Assembly (NCBI GenBank): GCA_022774645.1
Contig: JALFKQ010000014.1
Span: 2,283 to 66,282, forward strand
Direction of reading: 5' to 3'
DNA length: 64,000 nucleotides
Source: Mycoplasmatota bacterium
GTDB lineage: Bacteria > Bacillota_I > Bacilli_A > RF39 > UBA660
Part shown: positions 18,863 to 29,339 of the stretch, one piece after another
Numbering within the stretch: position 1 is the stretch's first letter
Layout of the letters: the number at the start of each line of letters is the position of its first letter
The notes under the pieces: model-generated
What the model saw: only the letters and a program-made list of their open reading frames with translations
Database searches by the model: none
Told to the model about the DNA's origin: nothing
Program-made: the position numbers and the translations under genes

Positions 18863-19615
18863 ATGATAGCATTAATTACAGGGGCATCAAATGGAATAGG
18901 AAAAGATTTTGCAAAAGAATTATCAAAAAGAGGCTATGACTTAATATTAGTGGCAAGATCAAAAGATAAACTTGAAGAACTAAAAAAGGAACTAAAGACT
19001 CATATAGAAATTGAAATAATGGATTTAAGTATAAAAGAAAATGTTTATAAGTTATATGAAAAATACCAGGGCAAAATAGATTTACTTATCAATAATGCAG
19101 GCTTTGGAGCATTTGGGAAATTTTCTGAAACAACATTAGAAAATGAACTTAATATGATAGATCTAAATATAACAGCATATCATATTTTAACTAAATTGTT
19201 TTTACAAGATTTTGTAAAAAAGGACAATGGAACTATATTAAATGTAGCTTCTTCAGCAGCATTTGAACCAGGACCATTAATGGCCACATATTATGCCACA
19301 AAATCATATGTTTATAATTTATCAATGGGAATATATGAAGAACTTAGAAGGGATAGAAGTAATGTTAAAATTCATATATTGTGTCCAGGACCAGTTGATA
19401 CTGGGTTTAACAATAGAGCACATGTTAAATTTTCAGTAAAATCATTAAAGAGTATTGATGTGGTAAAATACACATTAAAAAAAATTAAGAAGAATAAATT
19501 AATAATTATTCCAAGCCTATCAATAAAATTAGGAGTTTTTGCTAACAGACTTTTACCAAGAAAAACAATTGTAAAAATAATATATAAAATTCAACAATCA
19601 AAAAAAATAAAATAA
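18863..19615 (+). CDS. short-chain dehydrogenase/reductase family oxidoreductase
   Basis: 'TGASNGIGK' Rossmann motif, 'NNAG', catalytic 'YYATK'. Confidence 0.8.
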   Translation: MIALITGASNGIGKDFAKELSKRGYDLILVARSKDKLEELKKELKTHIEIEIMDLSIKENVYKLYEKYQGKIDLLINNAGFGAFGKFSETTLENELNMIDLNITAYHILTKLFLQDFVKKDNGTILNVASSAAFEPGPLMATYYATKSYVYNLSMGIYEELRRDRSNVKIHILCPGPVDTGFNNRAHVKFSVKSLKSIDVVKYTLKKIKKNKLIIIPSLSIKLGVFANRLLPRKTIVKIIYKIQQSKKIK

Positions 19616-19654
19616 AACAATAAAACAATTAAAACTAACTAATTTAAGGAGAAA

Positions 19655-19912
19655 ATGATGAAAATAATAAAAATAACATCTTTAGGATGTCCTTCGTGCA
19701 TAATAATGAATAAAGTTATTAATGAAATTAAAAATATATACAACGGAATTGAGTATGAAGAGTACGATTATGATTTTGATGATATAGAAGAATATAATGT
19801 AGGAAAAATTCTTCCAGTATTCATTTTCGTAAAAAATGGAAAAGAAATTAGTAGATTATGTGGAGAACATAAAAAAGAAGAATTTACAAAAATTATAGAG
19901 GAAAATATATGA
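19655..19912 (+). CDS. small thioredoxin-fold protein (CxxC)
   Basis: 85 aa; 'GCPSC' motif; stop overlaps the next gene's start (ATGA). Confidence 0.65.
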   Translation: MMKIIKITSLGCPSCIIMNKVINEIKNIYNGIEYEEYDYDFDDIEEYNVGKILPVFIFVKNGKEISRLCGEHKKEEFTKIIEENI

Positions 19913-21105
19913 AAAAGATTTTAAAAACATTGTTAATAACATTTCTATTTATACCAATGTTAATTTATGGTGAAGAAAAGAAATTAAATATATACCTTTT
20001 TTATGGTAATAAATGTCCTCATTGTGCTGAACTAGAAAAATATTTGGACAAATATTTAGAAGAAAATAAAAATGTGATTTTAAATAGATACGAGGTATGG
20101 GAAAATAAAGAGAATCAAGAAAAATATTCAAAAGTCCATGAAATATTAAATGATAATAGCAGCGGAGTTCCATATTTAGTAATAGGAAATAATGTGATTA
20201 CTGGATTTGATAGTGAAACAACACCGGAAAGAATAAACAATACAATAACATATTATCAAAATGTAGATTATAAGGACAAAGTTGGAATATATCTAGGTAC
20301 GACAACAGAAGAAAAAGAAAATCAAAAAACAGATATAAAAAAGTATGAGGAAGAGGAAATATCAATTCCAATAATTGGAAAGAAAAAGGGAAAAGAAGTT
20401 CCAATCTTACTATCAGCAATAGTAATTGGTTTAGTAGATGGATTTAATCCATGTGCAATGTGGATATTAATTTTTCTAATTTCAATGTTACTTGGAATGA
20501 AAGACTCAAAAAGAAAATGGGCATTAGGTATAACATTTTTAGTATCTTCGGCATTGGTTTATTTCTTATTTTTAATCTCATGGTTAAATTTAGCTGTATT
20601 CCTTAATAAAATAATATTTGTCAGAATGGGCATAAGCATAATAGCCGTTTTCTTCGGACTATTAACGATTTTAAAATTCTTTTTTGTTAAAGAGGATGAT
20701 GGTTGTGAGGTAGTTGATAAAAAAGGTAGAAAGAAAATTATAAATTCGATAAAAAAAATTATAAAGGAAAAGTCATTTATTTTAGCTTTGCTTGGAGTAG
20801 TGGTACTTGCAGCTTCAGTAAATATAATAGAATTATTATGTTCATTAGGTTTACCAGTAATGTTCACACAAATACTAACAGTAAATGAAGTCAGTAAATT
20901 ATCACAAGTTATTTATTCACTAATATATGTTTTATTCTTTTTAATAGATGATATAGTAATATTTATAATTGCAATGAAAACATTTGAAATCAAAGCCATA
21001 TCAAATAAGTTTGGTAAATATTCACATTTGATTGGTGGAGTAATAATGCTAATAATAGGATTTTTAATGATTTATAAACCGGAATGGTTAATGTTTAATT
21101 TTTAA
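19909..21105 (+). CDS. fusion of a secreted thioredoxin-fold domain and a CcdA/DsbD-like membrane thiol-disulfide transporter
   Basis: Signal sequence, 'CPHC' in the N-terminal domain, then about 6 TM helices with Cys in 'GFNPCAMW' and 'LLCSLGLP'. Confidence 0.6.
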   Translation: MKKILKTLLITFLFIPMLIYGEEKKLNIYLFYGNKCPHCAELEKYLDKYLEENKNVILNRYEVWENKENQEKYSKVHEILNDNSSGVPYLVIGNNVITGFDSETTPERINNTITYYQNVDYKDKVGIYLGTTTEEKENQKTDIKKYEEEEISIPIIGKKKGKEVPILLSAIVIGLVDGFNPCAMWILIFLISMLLGMKDSKRKWALGITFLVSSALVYFLFLISWLNLAVFLNKIIFVRMGISIIAVFFGLLTILKFFFVKEDDGCEVVDKKGRKKIINSIKKIIKEKSFILALLGVVVLAASVNIIELLCSLGLPVMFTQILTVNEVSKLSQVIYSLIYVLFFLIDDIVIFIIAMKTFEIKAISNKFGKYSHLIGGVIMLIIGFLMIYKPEWLMFNF

Positions 21106-21152
21106 TATGAAACAATAAGATTATCAAACATATAATATTTTAGGTGATATAT

Positions 21153-21389
21153 ATGAATGATAATCTTTTTAATAAAATTGAGCAAAAAACGAATGTTAAT
21201 AAAGATACAATAATATCTTTAGCAAGAAAGTTGCAAGATGGGAACTATAAAGATGAAAATACATTAAAAGATATAATACATGAATTGTCTTTTATAACAG
21301 GAAGAGAAGTAAGTGAAGAAAAAGAAAAGAAAATAATTAGTATGATAGTAAATGATAAGGTGCCAAAAGATATAGAAAAATATGTTTAA
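21153..21389 (+). CDS. spoVIF: stage VI sporulation protein F-like
   Basis: 78 aa; 'LFNKIEQKTNVNKDTIISLARKLQDGNYKDENTLKDIIHELS...SEEKEKKIISMIVNDKVP' resembles the remembered SpoVIF (YjcC) sequence. Confidence 0.55.
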   Translation: MNDNLFNKIEQKTNVNKDTIISLARKLQDGNYKDENTLKDIIHELSFITGREVSEEKEKKIISMIVNDKVPKDIEKYV

Positions 21390-21434
21390 ATAACAATAAA
21401 AAACCAACTTGAACAAAGTCGGTTTTTTATTTAA

Positions 21435-22688
21435 CTAGGATCTAATTGCTGGTTTATAAAATTCTTTTTGTATTTTATTTGTTGACCATAATATTTGATG
21501 AAAAGGTTTATTTACTATTAAATCAAATTCACCAATATATTCATATGTTGTTGGTTTAAATTTAAGTTTAAATTCATTAAGTTTTCTATAAGGATTTGTT
21601 TCACTGAAGTCAGCAGTAATTCCATACAAATCAACATATAGATATCCAGCTTTTTTATATTCTTCAATAATTTTATAAAATAAATAAGATTTGACATCAA
21701 CACTAGAAAAATCATTATTATTTCCAGTGATTATGATTGTAACTCTTCCTTCATATTTAACAACGAATGCTGCACCTAAATATTCTTTCATTTTATTCTC
21801 TTGCATTCTTAAATTAGAAACAGCAATATCGTTAGATATTCTATCTAAATTTCTATCTGATTCTGTTTTTCTTTTATAAATATCATTACTATTAGGATTC
21901 TTATTAAATTCTATATTAATTTTTTCATTGTTTTCTTGTTCTATTATATATTCTTTTTGTAGATACTTAGCATAAGTATCATAATTAACTTCTGCAAATA
22001 ATAGATCAACCATATCACTTTTCTTAAATGTCTTATAAAAATATTTGTAGTATGTTAATGTTTTATTCTTTTTATCTTCGACAAATGAATAAAATTTATC
22101 TAATTCTTCTTCACCTCTAGAAACAAGTCTGATTCCTTTAAGTTCTGAATCATGAACATTTTTCACTAGGCTTTTATCTAAGTTATTGAAATCATAAGTA
22201 GGTAAATATATAACTGGAGTATACTTTGGTAATAATGATTCAAAATATAGATTATCTTTTAATTTATCATATCCAAGTTCCTTCAAATTTGCTATTAAAT
22301 CTCTATTTCTAGAATTTATAGTTTTACTCTTATTATCAAAATCAATAACTGAGTAAGTAATCTCTGGGTTAATTTTAATAAAAGCAAATCCTCTTTTAAA
22401 GAAAAAATCTTTAACTTTTCTAGTAAAAGCCTTAAGTAAATCAGTGTTATAAAAATCAACTAGGAATCCTCTAGGAGCATAGCCATATTTTATATTAGCA
22501 CTCAATGTTTTATATAAAATTAAACTAGCAGCAACTAAAATATCTTTATGATAAGCACCTATATACATAACAGAGAAATCACTATGTGACATTAGTTCTC
22601 CATATTCTTTTGTTTGAAAAAAATTTTTAAGTACATGTTTACTTGCAAATTCTCCAAATGTTGTAGCATTTATTTCTTCTATTGACAT
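21435..22688 (-). CDS. FemAB/MurM-family peptidoglycan branch aminoacyltransferase
   Basis: 417 aa; 'FFQTKEYGELM', 'YAPRGF' and the central coiled-coil insert are typical of the FemABX family. Confidence 0.7.
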   Translation of the reverse strand: MSIEEINATTFGEFASKHVLKNFFQTKEYGELMSHSDFSVMYIGAYHKDILVAASLILYKTLSANIKYGYAPRGFLVDFYNTDLLKAFTRKVKDFFFKRGFAFIKINPEITYSVIDFDNKSKTINSRNRDLIANLKELGYDKLKDNLYFESLLPKYTPVIYLPTYDFNNLDKSLVKNVHDSELKGIRLVSRGEEELDKFYSFVEDKKNKTLTYYKYFYKTFKKSDMVDLLFAEVNYDTYAKYLQKEYIIEQENNEKINIEFNKNPNSNDIYKRKTESDRNLDRISNDIAVSNLRMQENKMKEYLGAAFVVKYEGRVTIIITGNNNDFSSVDVKSYLFYKIIEEYKKAGYLYVDLYGITADFSETNPYRKLNEFKLKFKPTTYEYIGEFDLIVNKPFHQILWSTNKIQKEFYKPAIRS

Positions 22689-22779
22689 AAATTCACTTCC
22701 TCAAATTAATAATAATATTATAGCATAATTGTTAAAAAAATTGTATAATTAAAAGAGAGATTATATAGGAGGAATATAT

Positions 22780-24015
22780 ATGAGTAAAATAATAGATATT
22801 AAGGCAAGAGAAATTTTAGATTCAAGAGGCTATCCAACAGTTGAAGTAACTGTTAAAAGTGAAAAGGGTATTGGAGTTGCTGCTGTCCCATCTGGGGCAT
22901 CAACAGGAACAAGAGAAGCATTAGAACTTAGAGATAATGATGAAAGATATTGTGGAAAAGGTGTACAAAAAGCAGTAAACAATGTTAATACAATTATAAA
23001 AGAAGCCTTACTTGGAATGGATGTAACTCATCAAAAAGAAATAGATTATAAAATGATTGAACTTGATGGCACTGAAAATAAAAGTAAGTTAGGGGCAAAT
23101 GCAACACTTGGAGTTAGTTTAGCTTGTGTAAAAGCAGCTGCTAATGAATCAGGCAAAGAAGTATATGAATACTTAAATCCAAGAGAAAAAAGAATACCAA
23201 AATTAATGTTTAATATTATTAATGGTGGTATGCATGCTAAAAATAATTTAGATATTCAAGAATTTATGATTGTTCCAAAAAGAGAATCATTTAAAGAAGG
23301 ACTTAGATGTGCTAGTGAAGTATTCCATGCACTTAAAAAAATATTGGATAATGAAAATCATACAACATCAGTAGGTGATGAAGGTGGTTTTGCACCAAAT
23401 TTAGAAAGTAATCGTTCAGCTCTATCATATATTATCAAGGCAATTGAAAGTGCTGGATATAAACCAGGAAAAGATGTATTTATTGCATTAGATGTAGCAG
23501 CATCATCACTATATAATGAGCAAAATAAAGCATATAAAATAGAAGATAGATTCTTAAATAAAGAAGAACTGTTAGAATACTATATGGATTTAGTAAAAAG
23601 TTATCCAATTATTTCAATAGAAGATCCTTATGATGAAAATGATTACGAGGGATTCAAATTAATAACAGATAAATTAGGAAAAGAAATAAATATTGTAGGT
23701 GATGACTTATTTGTTACTAATAAAAAAGAGTTAGAACATGGTATCCAAAATGGATTATGTAATTCTATATTAATAAAGCCAAATCAAATTGGTACTTTCT
23801 ATGAAACATTAGAGACAATAGTACTAGCTAAAAAGCATAATTATACTTGTATTATGTCACATAGAAGCGGTGAAACAACTGACACATTTATTATTGATGC
23901 AGCTGTTGCACTTGATATACCATTTGTAAAAACAGGTTCAGTATCAAGAGGAGAAAGAATCTGTAAGTTTAACAGATTACTTCAAATTGAAGAAGATTTA
24001 GAAAGTAAGAAATAA
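22780..24015 (+). CDS. eno: enolase
   Basis: '[15 protein letters not shown]', '[12 protein letters not shown]', 'IKPNQIGT'. Confidence 0.95.
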   Translation: MSKIIDIKAREILDSRGYPTVEVTVKSEKGIGVAAVPSGASTGTREALELRDNDERYCGKGVQKAVNNVNTIIKEALLGMDVTHQKEIDYKMIELDGTENKSKLGANATLGVSLACVKAAANESGKEVYEYLNPREKRIPKLMFNIINGGMHAKNNLDIQEFMIVPKRESFKEGLRCASEVFHALKKILDNENHTTSVGDEGGFAPNLESNRSALSYIIKAIESAGYKPGKDVFIALDVAASSLYNEQNKAYKIEDRFLNKEELLEYYMDLVKSYPIISIEDPYDENDYEGFKLITDKLGKEINIVGDDLFVTNKKELEHGIQNGLCNSILIKPNQIGTFYETLETIVLAKKHNYTCIMSHRSGETTDTFIIDAAVALDIPFVKTGSVSRGERICKFNRLLQIEEDLESKK

Positions 24016-24071
24016 TATTTGCAATAAATAAGAATTTATTGTATAATACTAGGCACAAGGGAGAATGTAAA

Positions 24072-24284
24072 ATGGAAAAAGTATTATTAATAATCTCTGT
24101 TATATTAATAGTTGTTGTTTTATTACAAAGTAGTAAAGCTAGTGATGCTAGTCAAATAATAACAGGAGGAAATGCAATGTTACTTGGTAAAACAAAAGAA
24201 AGAGGTTTTGAAAAGTTTTTAACAAGACTTACTTATGCTTTGGGTTTTGCATTTATTGTTATTTCATTTATTTTATCTATATAA
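24072..24284 (+). CDS. secG: preprotein translocase subunit SecG
   Basis: 70 aa, two TM helices, 'LLQSSKA'; canonical position before rnr-smpB. Confidence 0.75.
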   Translation: MEKVLLIISVILIVVVLLQSSKASDASQIITGGNAMLLGKTKERGFEKFLTRLTYALGFAFIVISFILSI

Positions 24285-24353
24285 AAAATATAAAAAGTTC
24301 ATAAATATTTATGAACTTTTTAATTTATGTGATAAAATGAAAGGGAGGTAGAT

Positions 24354-26714
24354 ATGAGAGAAAAAATATTAAAGATAATTAAAGAGGAAAATAAGAGTCT
24401 TAATCCAATGGATATTATGAATAAAATAATGGACAACAGTACTATTAAAGACTACGAAGAACTTATGAGAGAATTAGAAAAGCTTTGTAGAGAAGGAATA
24501 ATAAGACAAACAAATCATAATGGTTATGTTATGAATGAACTTTTAACTGGTGTATTAGATGTTCACGAAAAAGGCAATGCTCACTTATTAGTTAAAAATG
24601 GTGAAGATGTATTTATACCCAAAAATAATATGAATGGAGCTACTGAAAAGGATTTAGTAATAGTAGACTATACTAACAAAGAAAAAACAGAGGGAAAAGT
24701 AGTAAGAATATTAAAAAGATCACTTGGTAAAAGTTTAGGCGAAGTTGTAAACCAAGATGGTAAATTATATGTAAAGTCATTAGATAATACTTTACCATAT
24801 CAAATTGATGTTGATATTGATGACTGTGATTTCACATTAGTAGATGGTTTAATAGTTCACTTAGATTATGTAAAAGATATAAGCAGAGGAAGAGTTCTTG
24901 CTAAAATAGATTATCCAATCGGACATAAAAATGCTCCTGGTAATGATACAGAAATAGCAATGATAGCTAGTGAATTTGATGTTCATTTATTTATGCCAGA
25001 AGAAGTAAAAGAAGAAGCAAAAAAATTTCCAAGTAAGTTAACTGAAGAAGAAATTCAAAAAGAAATAGCTAAAGGTAGAGTAGACCTAAGAGGTGACACA
25101 ACAACTACAACAGATGGAAAAGATACAAAAGATATAGATGATGCTATACAAGATGAAGTATTACCAAATGCAAATTTCAAAGTTACAGTTGACATTGCAG
25201 ATGTAAGTTATTATGTAAAAATGAATACAGCTGTATGGAAGTATGCAGAATTAAAAGGAAATTCAGACTATTTAGCAAATAAAGTCGGACCAATGCTTCC
25301 AATAGAATTATCAAATGGAATTTGTTCACTAAATCCTAATGAAGATAGATATGCTATGTCATGTGTAATGGAAATTGATCATGCTGGTAATATAGTAAAC
25401 GAAAATGTATTCATATCAGTAATAAAATCTAAAAAGAAAATGAACTATGATGCAGTTCAAGATATTATAGATGATAAAGAAACAGAAGATACAAAGGATT
25501 ACACAACAGTTAAATATACAGTAAAACCAAATGAAACAATAGAAGATATTGCATTTAAAAACTGTATAACAACAAGTAGATTATTAGAATTTAATAAACC
25601 AGAAGATATCAAACCAGGAAATGAAATTAATATTCCAGTTAGAGATATAGTTAAATTAATGTATAAAGTTTCTAAGGTTATGGAAAATAAATTACATAAA
25701 CTTGGTAAGATTGATTTTGAAAGTAGTTCAGAGAAAAAACAAATTTTTGATGAAAATGAAAAATTAATAGATATTGTACCAAGAGTTCAAAGACCAGCAG
25801 AAACAATAGTAGAAAACCATATGATTTATGCTAATGTTGGTTTTACTAGATTTACATGTAATGCATTATCACAAATAATTCCAAATATGATTCCATTTGT
25901 ATTTAGAATTCATGAAAATCCTAATCCTAAAAAGATAGAAGATTTTATGAAAATGTTATCAATATTCGGAATAAATTATCCAAAAAAGATTAATCCAGAA
26001 CATGTAACAAGCAAAGATATTCAAGAATTATTAGATTACTTAAAAGATAGAGAAAACTATAAAATATTTAGTAAGAAATTACTAAGAAGTATGCAAAAAG
26101 CAAGATATTCACCAGAAGCAAAAGGACACTTTGGACTTGGTTTAGCGGCAAATGAAAGAGATTATACACACTTTACTTCACCAATCAGAAGAATGTGTGA
26201 TTTGCTTGTTCATACAATATTTAGAGTATTTATAATAGAGAAAGATACTAGTCCTGAAAATCTAAGATTCTGGGCATCATATTTAAGTGAAGTATGTGAA
26301 CATATATCAGAATGTGAAAGAACAAGTGCTGAATGTGAATATGCCGTTGATGATTACTATGATGCAGTATTTATGCAAGATAAGATAGGTAAAACATTTG
26401 AAGCTACAATTGACGGACCAATGCCTACATCATTCTTTGTACAAACAAATGATAAGTTGATAGATGGTAAAGTAGAATGGATACTTTACGAAGAAGATTC
26501 AAAAGAATTAGAACAATTAACTGATCCAAATGAAATAATACAATTTATTGAAACTCACAAAAAAACATTCCCATATGAGTACAATGACTCACTTTATGGA
26601 TATACTAAAAAAGGTAGAGTAGTTTACAGATATGGTGACAAAGTAATAGTTCAATGTATAGGTAGTGACCCTGAAAAGAGAGAAGTAGACTTTGCTTTGG
26701 TAAGAAAAATATAA
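24354..26714 (+). CDS. rnr: ribonuclease R (with a LysM-like insertion)
   Basis: RNB catalytic 'DGKDTKDIDDAI', 'HFGL...YTHFTSPIRR', C-terminal S1-like domain. Confidence 0.9.
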   Translation: MREKILKIIKEENKSLNPMDIMNKIMDNSTIKDYEELMRELEKLCREGIIRQTNHNGYVMNELLTGVLDVHEKGNAHLLVKNGEDVFIPKNNMNGATEKDLVIVDYTNKEKTEGKVVRILKRSLGKSLGEVVNQDGKLYVKSLDNTLPYQIDVDIDDCDFTLVDGLIVHLDYVKDISRGRVLAKIDYPIGHKNAPGNDTEIAMIASEFDVHLFMPEEVKEEAKKFPSKLTEEEIQKEIAKGRVDLRGDTTTTTDGKDTKDIDDAIQDEVLPNANFKVTVDIADVSYYVKMNTAVWKYAELKGNSDYLANKVGPMLPIELSNGICSLNPNEDRYAMSCVMEIDHAGNIVNENVFISVIKSKKKMNYDAVQDIIDDKETEDTKDYTTVKYTVKPNETIEDIAFKNCITTSRLLEFNKPEDIKPGNEINIPVRDIVKLMYKVSKVMENKLHKLGKIDFESSSEKKQIFDENEKLIDIVPRVQRPAETIVENHMIYANVGFTRFTCNALSQIIPNMIPFVFRIHENPNPKKIEDFMKMLSIFGINYPKKINPEHVTSKDIQELLDYLKDRENYKIFSKKLLRSMQKARYSPEAKGHFGLGLAANERDYTHFTSPIRRMCDLLVHTIFRVFIIEKDTSPENLRFWASYLSEVCEHISECERTSAECEYAVDDYYDAVFMQDKIGKTFEATIDGPMPTSFFVQTNDKLIDGKVEWILYEEDSKELEQLTDPNEIIQFIETHKKTFPYEYNDSLYGYTKKGRVVYRYGDKVIVQCIGSDPEKREVDFALVRKI

Positions 26715-26715
26715 A

Positions 26716-27144
26716 ATGGAAATATTAAATAGAAAAGCTCATTATGATTATTTTATAAAAGATACTTATGAAGCTGGCATAGAACTAAAAGGCACTGAAA
26801 TTAAAAGTCTTAGAAAAGGTAATGCTAACATAAATGATGCCTATGCGAGAGTAAAAAATAATGAAGTATTTATAACAAATATGTTTATAGCTAAATATGA
26901 AGAAGGAAATATATTTAATCATGATGAAAGAAGAGAAAGAAAACTTCTACTTCATAAAAATGAAATAATTAAAATAAATAATGAAGTAACACTAAAAAAA
27001 TATACAATAATTCCACTTAAAATATATTTTAAGAAAGGTAAAGCAAAAGTAGAAATAGGAATCTGTCAAGGTAAAAAACTATATGATAAAAGAGAATCAA
27101 TAAAAGAAAAAGATCTAAAAAGACACGAATATTTAGAATATTAA
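26716..27144 (+). CDS. smpB: SsrA-binding protein
   Basis: 'NRKAHYDYFI', 'GTEIKSLR', 'RKLLLHK'. Confidence 0.95.
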   Translation: MEILNRKAHYDYFIKDTYEAGIELKGTEIKSLRKGNANINDAYARVKNNEVFITNMFIAKYEEGNIFNHDERRERKLLLHKNEIIKINNEVTLKKYTIIPLKIYFKKGKAKVEIGICQGKKLYDKRESIKEKDLKRHEYLEY

Positions 27145-27170
27145 ATTAATATAATATTCTAGGTGAATAT

Positions 27171-27473
27171 ATGAAAAAAGTTCCTGAAATATTTGTTAAT
27201 AAATTAAAGAAAAATATAAGTAATAATAAAGAAGTATACTATTCATATAATGATGATAATGTATATGAAGAAGAAATAATACCAAATGAATACGATTTAC
27301 AACAAAAAATTAATAAATTATTTAAATCTAATGATTTTATTTATAAAAAGAAATTTGAAATTAAAACAAAAGATGGAATAAGAGAATATATTATTATTTC
27401 AAAAAGTTATGATTACTTATTATGTATCGATGGAACTAAGATTTATATTAAGGATATAATTGATATAAAATAA
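27171..27473 (+). CDS. hypothetical protein (100 aa)
   Basis: ORF with AGGTGA RBS; no motif recognised. Confidence 0.5.
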   Translation: MKKVPEIFVNKLKKNISNNKEVYYSYNDDNVYEEEIIPNEYDLQQKINKLFKSNDFIYKKKFEIKTKDGIREYIIISKSYDYLLCIDGTKIYIKDIIDIK

Positions 27474-27552
27474 TTAAAAACACTTGAAAGTAATTGGTAT
27501 TTATGATAATATTTAATTACACAAACGGTGTTTTTTTTTGGAGGGATTTGTA

Positions 27553-27729
27553 ATGAAGAAAATTAAAGCTTTCTTTAAAGGCGTTAACAAAGAATCAAAA
27601 GCAGTAAGATGGCCAGACGGAAAATTATTAGTTAAATATTCTTGCATAACAATCGTAATGCTTGTATTCTTTGGGTTATTCTTTTATGGATTGGATGCAT
27701 TATTTGCAGCTATAAGGGGGATGTTCTAA
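27553..27729 (+). CDS. secE: preprotein translocase subunit SecE
   Basis: 58 aa, 'ESKAVRWP' plus a single TM; directly precedes nusG. Confidence 0.85.
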   Translation: MKKIKAFFKGVNKESKAVRWPDGKLLVKYSCITIVMLVFFGLFFYGLDALFAAIRGMF

Positions 27730-28268
27730 TGGAAGAAAAAAAATTATGGTATGTTGTTAATGCTTACAGTGGACATGAACAAAAAGTTAAAGATTATTTA
27801 GAGTCAAGAAGAGAAAGTATGGGAATGGAAAATAACATTTTTAGAGTTATTATTCCTGAAAGAACTGAAATTGAAGTTAAAGATGGTGTTAAAAAAGAAA
27901 AAGTTCGTAAAATGTTCCCAGGATATGTTTTAATCGAAATGATAATGAGCGACGAAGCTTGGTATGTAGTTCGTAATACACCAGGTGTTACAGGATTTAT
28001 CGGATCATCAGGAAAAGGTGCTAAACCAATTCCATTATCACCAGAAGAAGTTAAGAAATTTATTGCAGATGAAGAAGAAATGGCTAAACCAATTAATACT
28101 AATGTAGAAGTTGGGGATACTGTTACAATTATTGATGGTCCATTTAAGGGAATGTATGGTAAGATTGAAAGTGAAGACAAAGAAAACGAAAAACTTACTG
28201 TGCTTATTGACTTATTCGGACAAGAAACACCAGTTGAAGTTGATTTACTTCAAGTATCAAAAATGTAG
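27729..28268 (+). CDS. nusG: transcription termination/antitermination factor NusG
   Basis: 'WYVVNAYSGHEQKV' NGN domain; KOW 'GDTVTIIDGPFKGMYGKI'; ATG overlaps the secE TAA. Confidence 0.95.
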   Translation: MEEKKLWYVVNAYSGHEQKVKDYLESRRESMGMENNIFRVIIPERTEIEVKDGVKKEKVRKMFPGYVLIEMIMSDEAWYVVRNTPGVTGFIGSSGKGAKPIPLSPEEVKKFIADEEEMAKPINTNVEVGDTVTIIDGPFKGMYGKIESEDKENEKLTVLIDLFGQETPVEVDLLQVSKM

Positions 28269-28272
28269 AAAA

Positions 28273-28297
28273 GGTTACAATTGTAATCTTTTTTTGT
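28273..28297 (+). terminator. rho-independent terminator after nusG
   Basis: GGTTACA-AT-TGTAATC hairpin plus TTTTTTT. Confidence 0.6.
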
Positions 28298-28320
28298 TAT
28301 AATGAAATAGAGGTGAAACT

Positions 28321-28764
28321 ATGAAAAAAATAAAAATAGCAGTTTTAATACTAACAGCGATACTTTTAATTGGATGTGTTAAAAAAGTAGGATCAGATAC
28401 AAAAGGTGACACTATGAAATTTATATTAGAAACAAATGTATCAGAGGATTATACTTGGGCATATTCAATAATGGACTCAAATATAATAGACATAAAAAGT
28501 ATAGACTATTTAACACCAGCAGATGATCAAACACTTAAAACAGATGCAGAAGTATTAATATTTAAAGCTCTTAGTGAGGGTGAAGTTGAAATTATTATAA
28601 GTTATACAAGTAACCAAACAGGTGAAAGTAAATATGATTTAACATATGTTTTAGAAGTAGATGCTGATAAAAATATTAAAGTTAAAGAAAAATCAGGTAA
28701 CTATAATAAAGAAATACCTTCACCAATAATTTATACAGAAGCAGAAAACACAGATGAAGAATAA
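28321..28764 (+). CDS. lipoprotein, possibly a chagasin/I42-like peptidase inhibitor
   Basis: Lipobox 'LLIGC'; 'ETNVSEDYTWAY...LIFKALSEGEVEIIISY' loosely fits the I42 inhibitor pattern. Confidence 0.35.
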   Translation: MKKIKIAVLILTAILLIGCVKKVGSDTKGDTMKFILETNVSEDYTWAYSIMDSNIIDIKSIDYLTPADDQTLKTDAEVLIFKALSEGEVEIIISYTSNQTGESKYDLTYVLEVDADKNIKVKEKSGNYNKEIPSPIIYTEAENTDEE

Positions 28765-29290
28765 AGTATATAAAATAACAAAAATAGATAATGATTTAAT
28801 AGATTTATATATTGAATGTTTCAAAAAAGATAAAATATTTACTTCAAGAGATAAAGAAATTATAAAAGATAGAGAGTTAATTACAAAATTGTTCGATTAT
28901 TATTTAAAGTATGGAACTATTCTATATACCAAAAGATATAGTAAAAAAATATCATTTTTATGTTCATTAAAAATAAATGAAATAATAGAAGATGCAGAGG
29001 CAATAAAACTTATTTTTGATGAAGATAAATATCCAGAAATGAATAAATATATAAAGACAATAAATAAGGATTCAAATTACATAGTTCTAATAGGTGTGAA
29101 TAAAAATTTTAGAAAAAGAGGGTTAGCAAAAAAATTAGTAAAAACATATCTACAATATTATAATAAAAAAGATTTAGTTTTTAGTGACATTGATAATAAA
29201 TATAGTTTAAAAATATTCAAGTCATTAAACTTTAGCATAAAAGAAGTAAATAAAAATTATTTTATAGCAGAAAGATATAAAATGTATTGA
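28754..29290 (+). CDS. GNAT-family N-acetyltransferase
   Basis: 'IGVNKNFRKRGLAKKLV' acetyl-CoA binding motif. Confidence 0.6.
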   Translation: MKNKVYKITKIDNDLIDLYIECFKKDKIFTSRDKEIIKDRELITKLFDYYLKYGTILYTKRYSKKISFLCSLKINEIIEDAEAIKLIFDEDKYPEMNKYIKTINKDSNYIVLIGVNKNFRKRGLAKKLVKTYLQYYNKKDLVFSDIDNKYSLKIFKSLNFSIKEVNKNYFIAERYKMY

Positions 29291-29339
29291 CATAAATAGT
29301 TTTATTAAGTAAACTTTTAAAAGTAAGGAGGAAATTAAA

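Noticed and set aside
27145-27552. Expected tmRNA (ssrA) directly downstream of smpB, as in Bacillus
   Set aside because: There is no GGGG-type 5' acceptor, no tRNA-Ala-like 3' end (GGTTCGA...CCACCA) and no tag-reading-frame features. The region is AT-rich and holds a 100-aa ORF with an RBS plus the secE promoter.
29287-29315. PerR/Fur-type operator in the rubrerythrin promoter (TTGACA-17-TAAACT)
   Set aside because: The spacer 'TAAATAGTTTTATTAAG' is not a convincing match to the TTATAAT-N-ATTATAA type palindrome. The similarity is likely just AT-richness.
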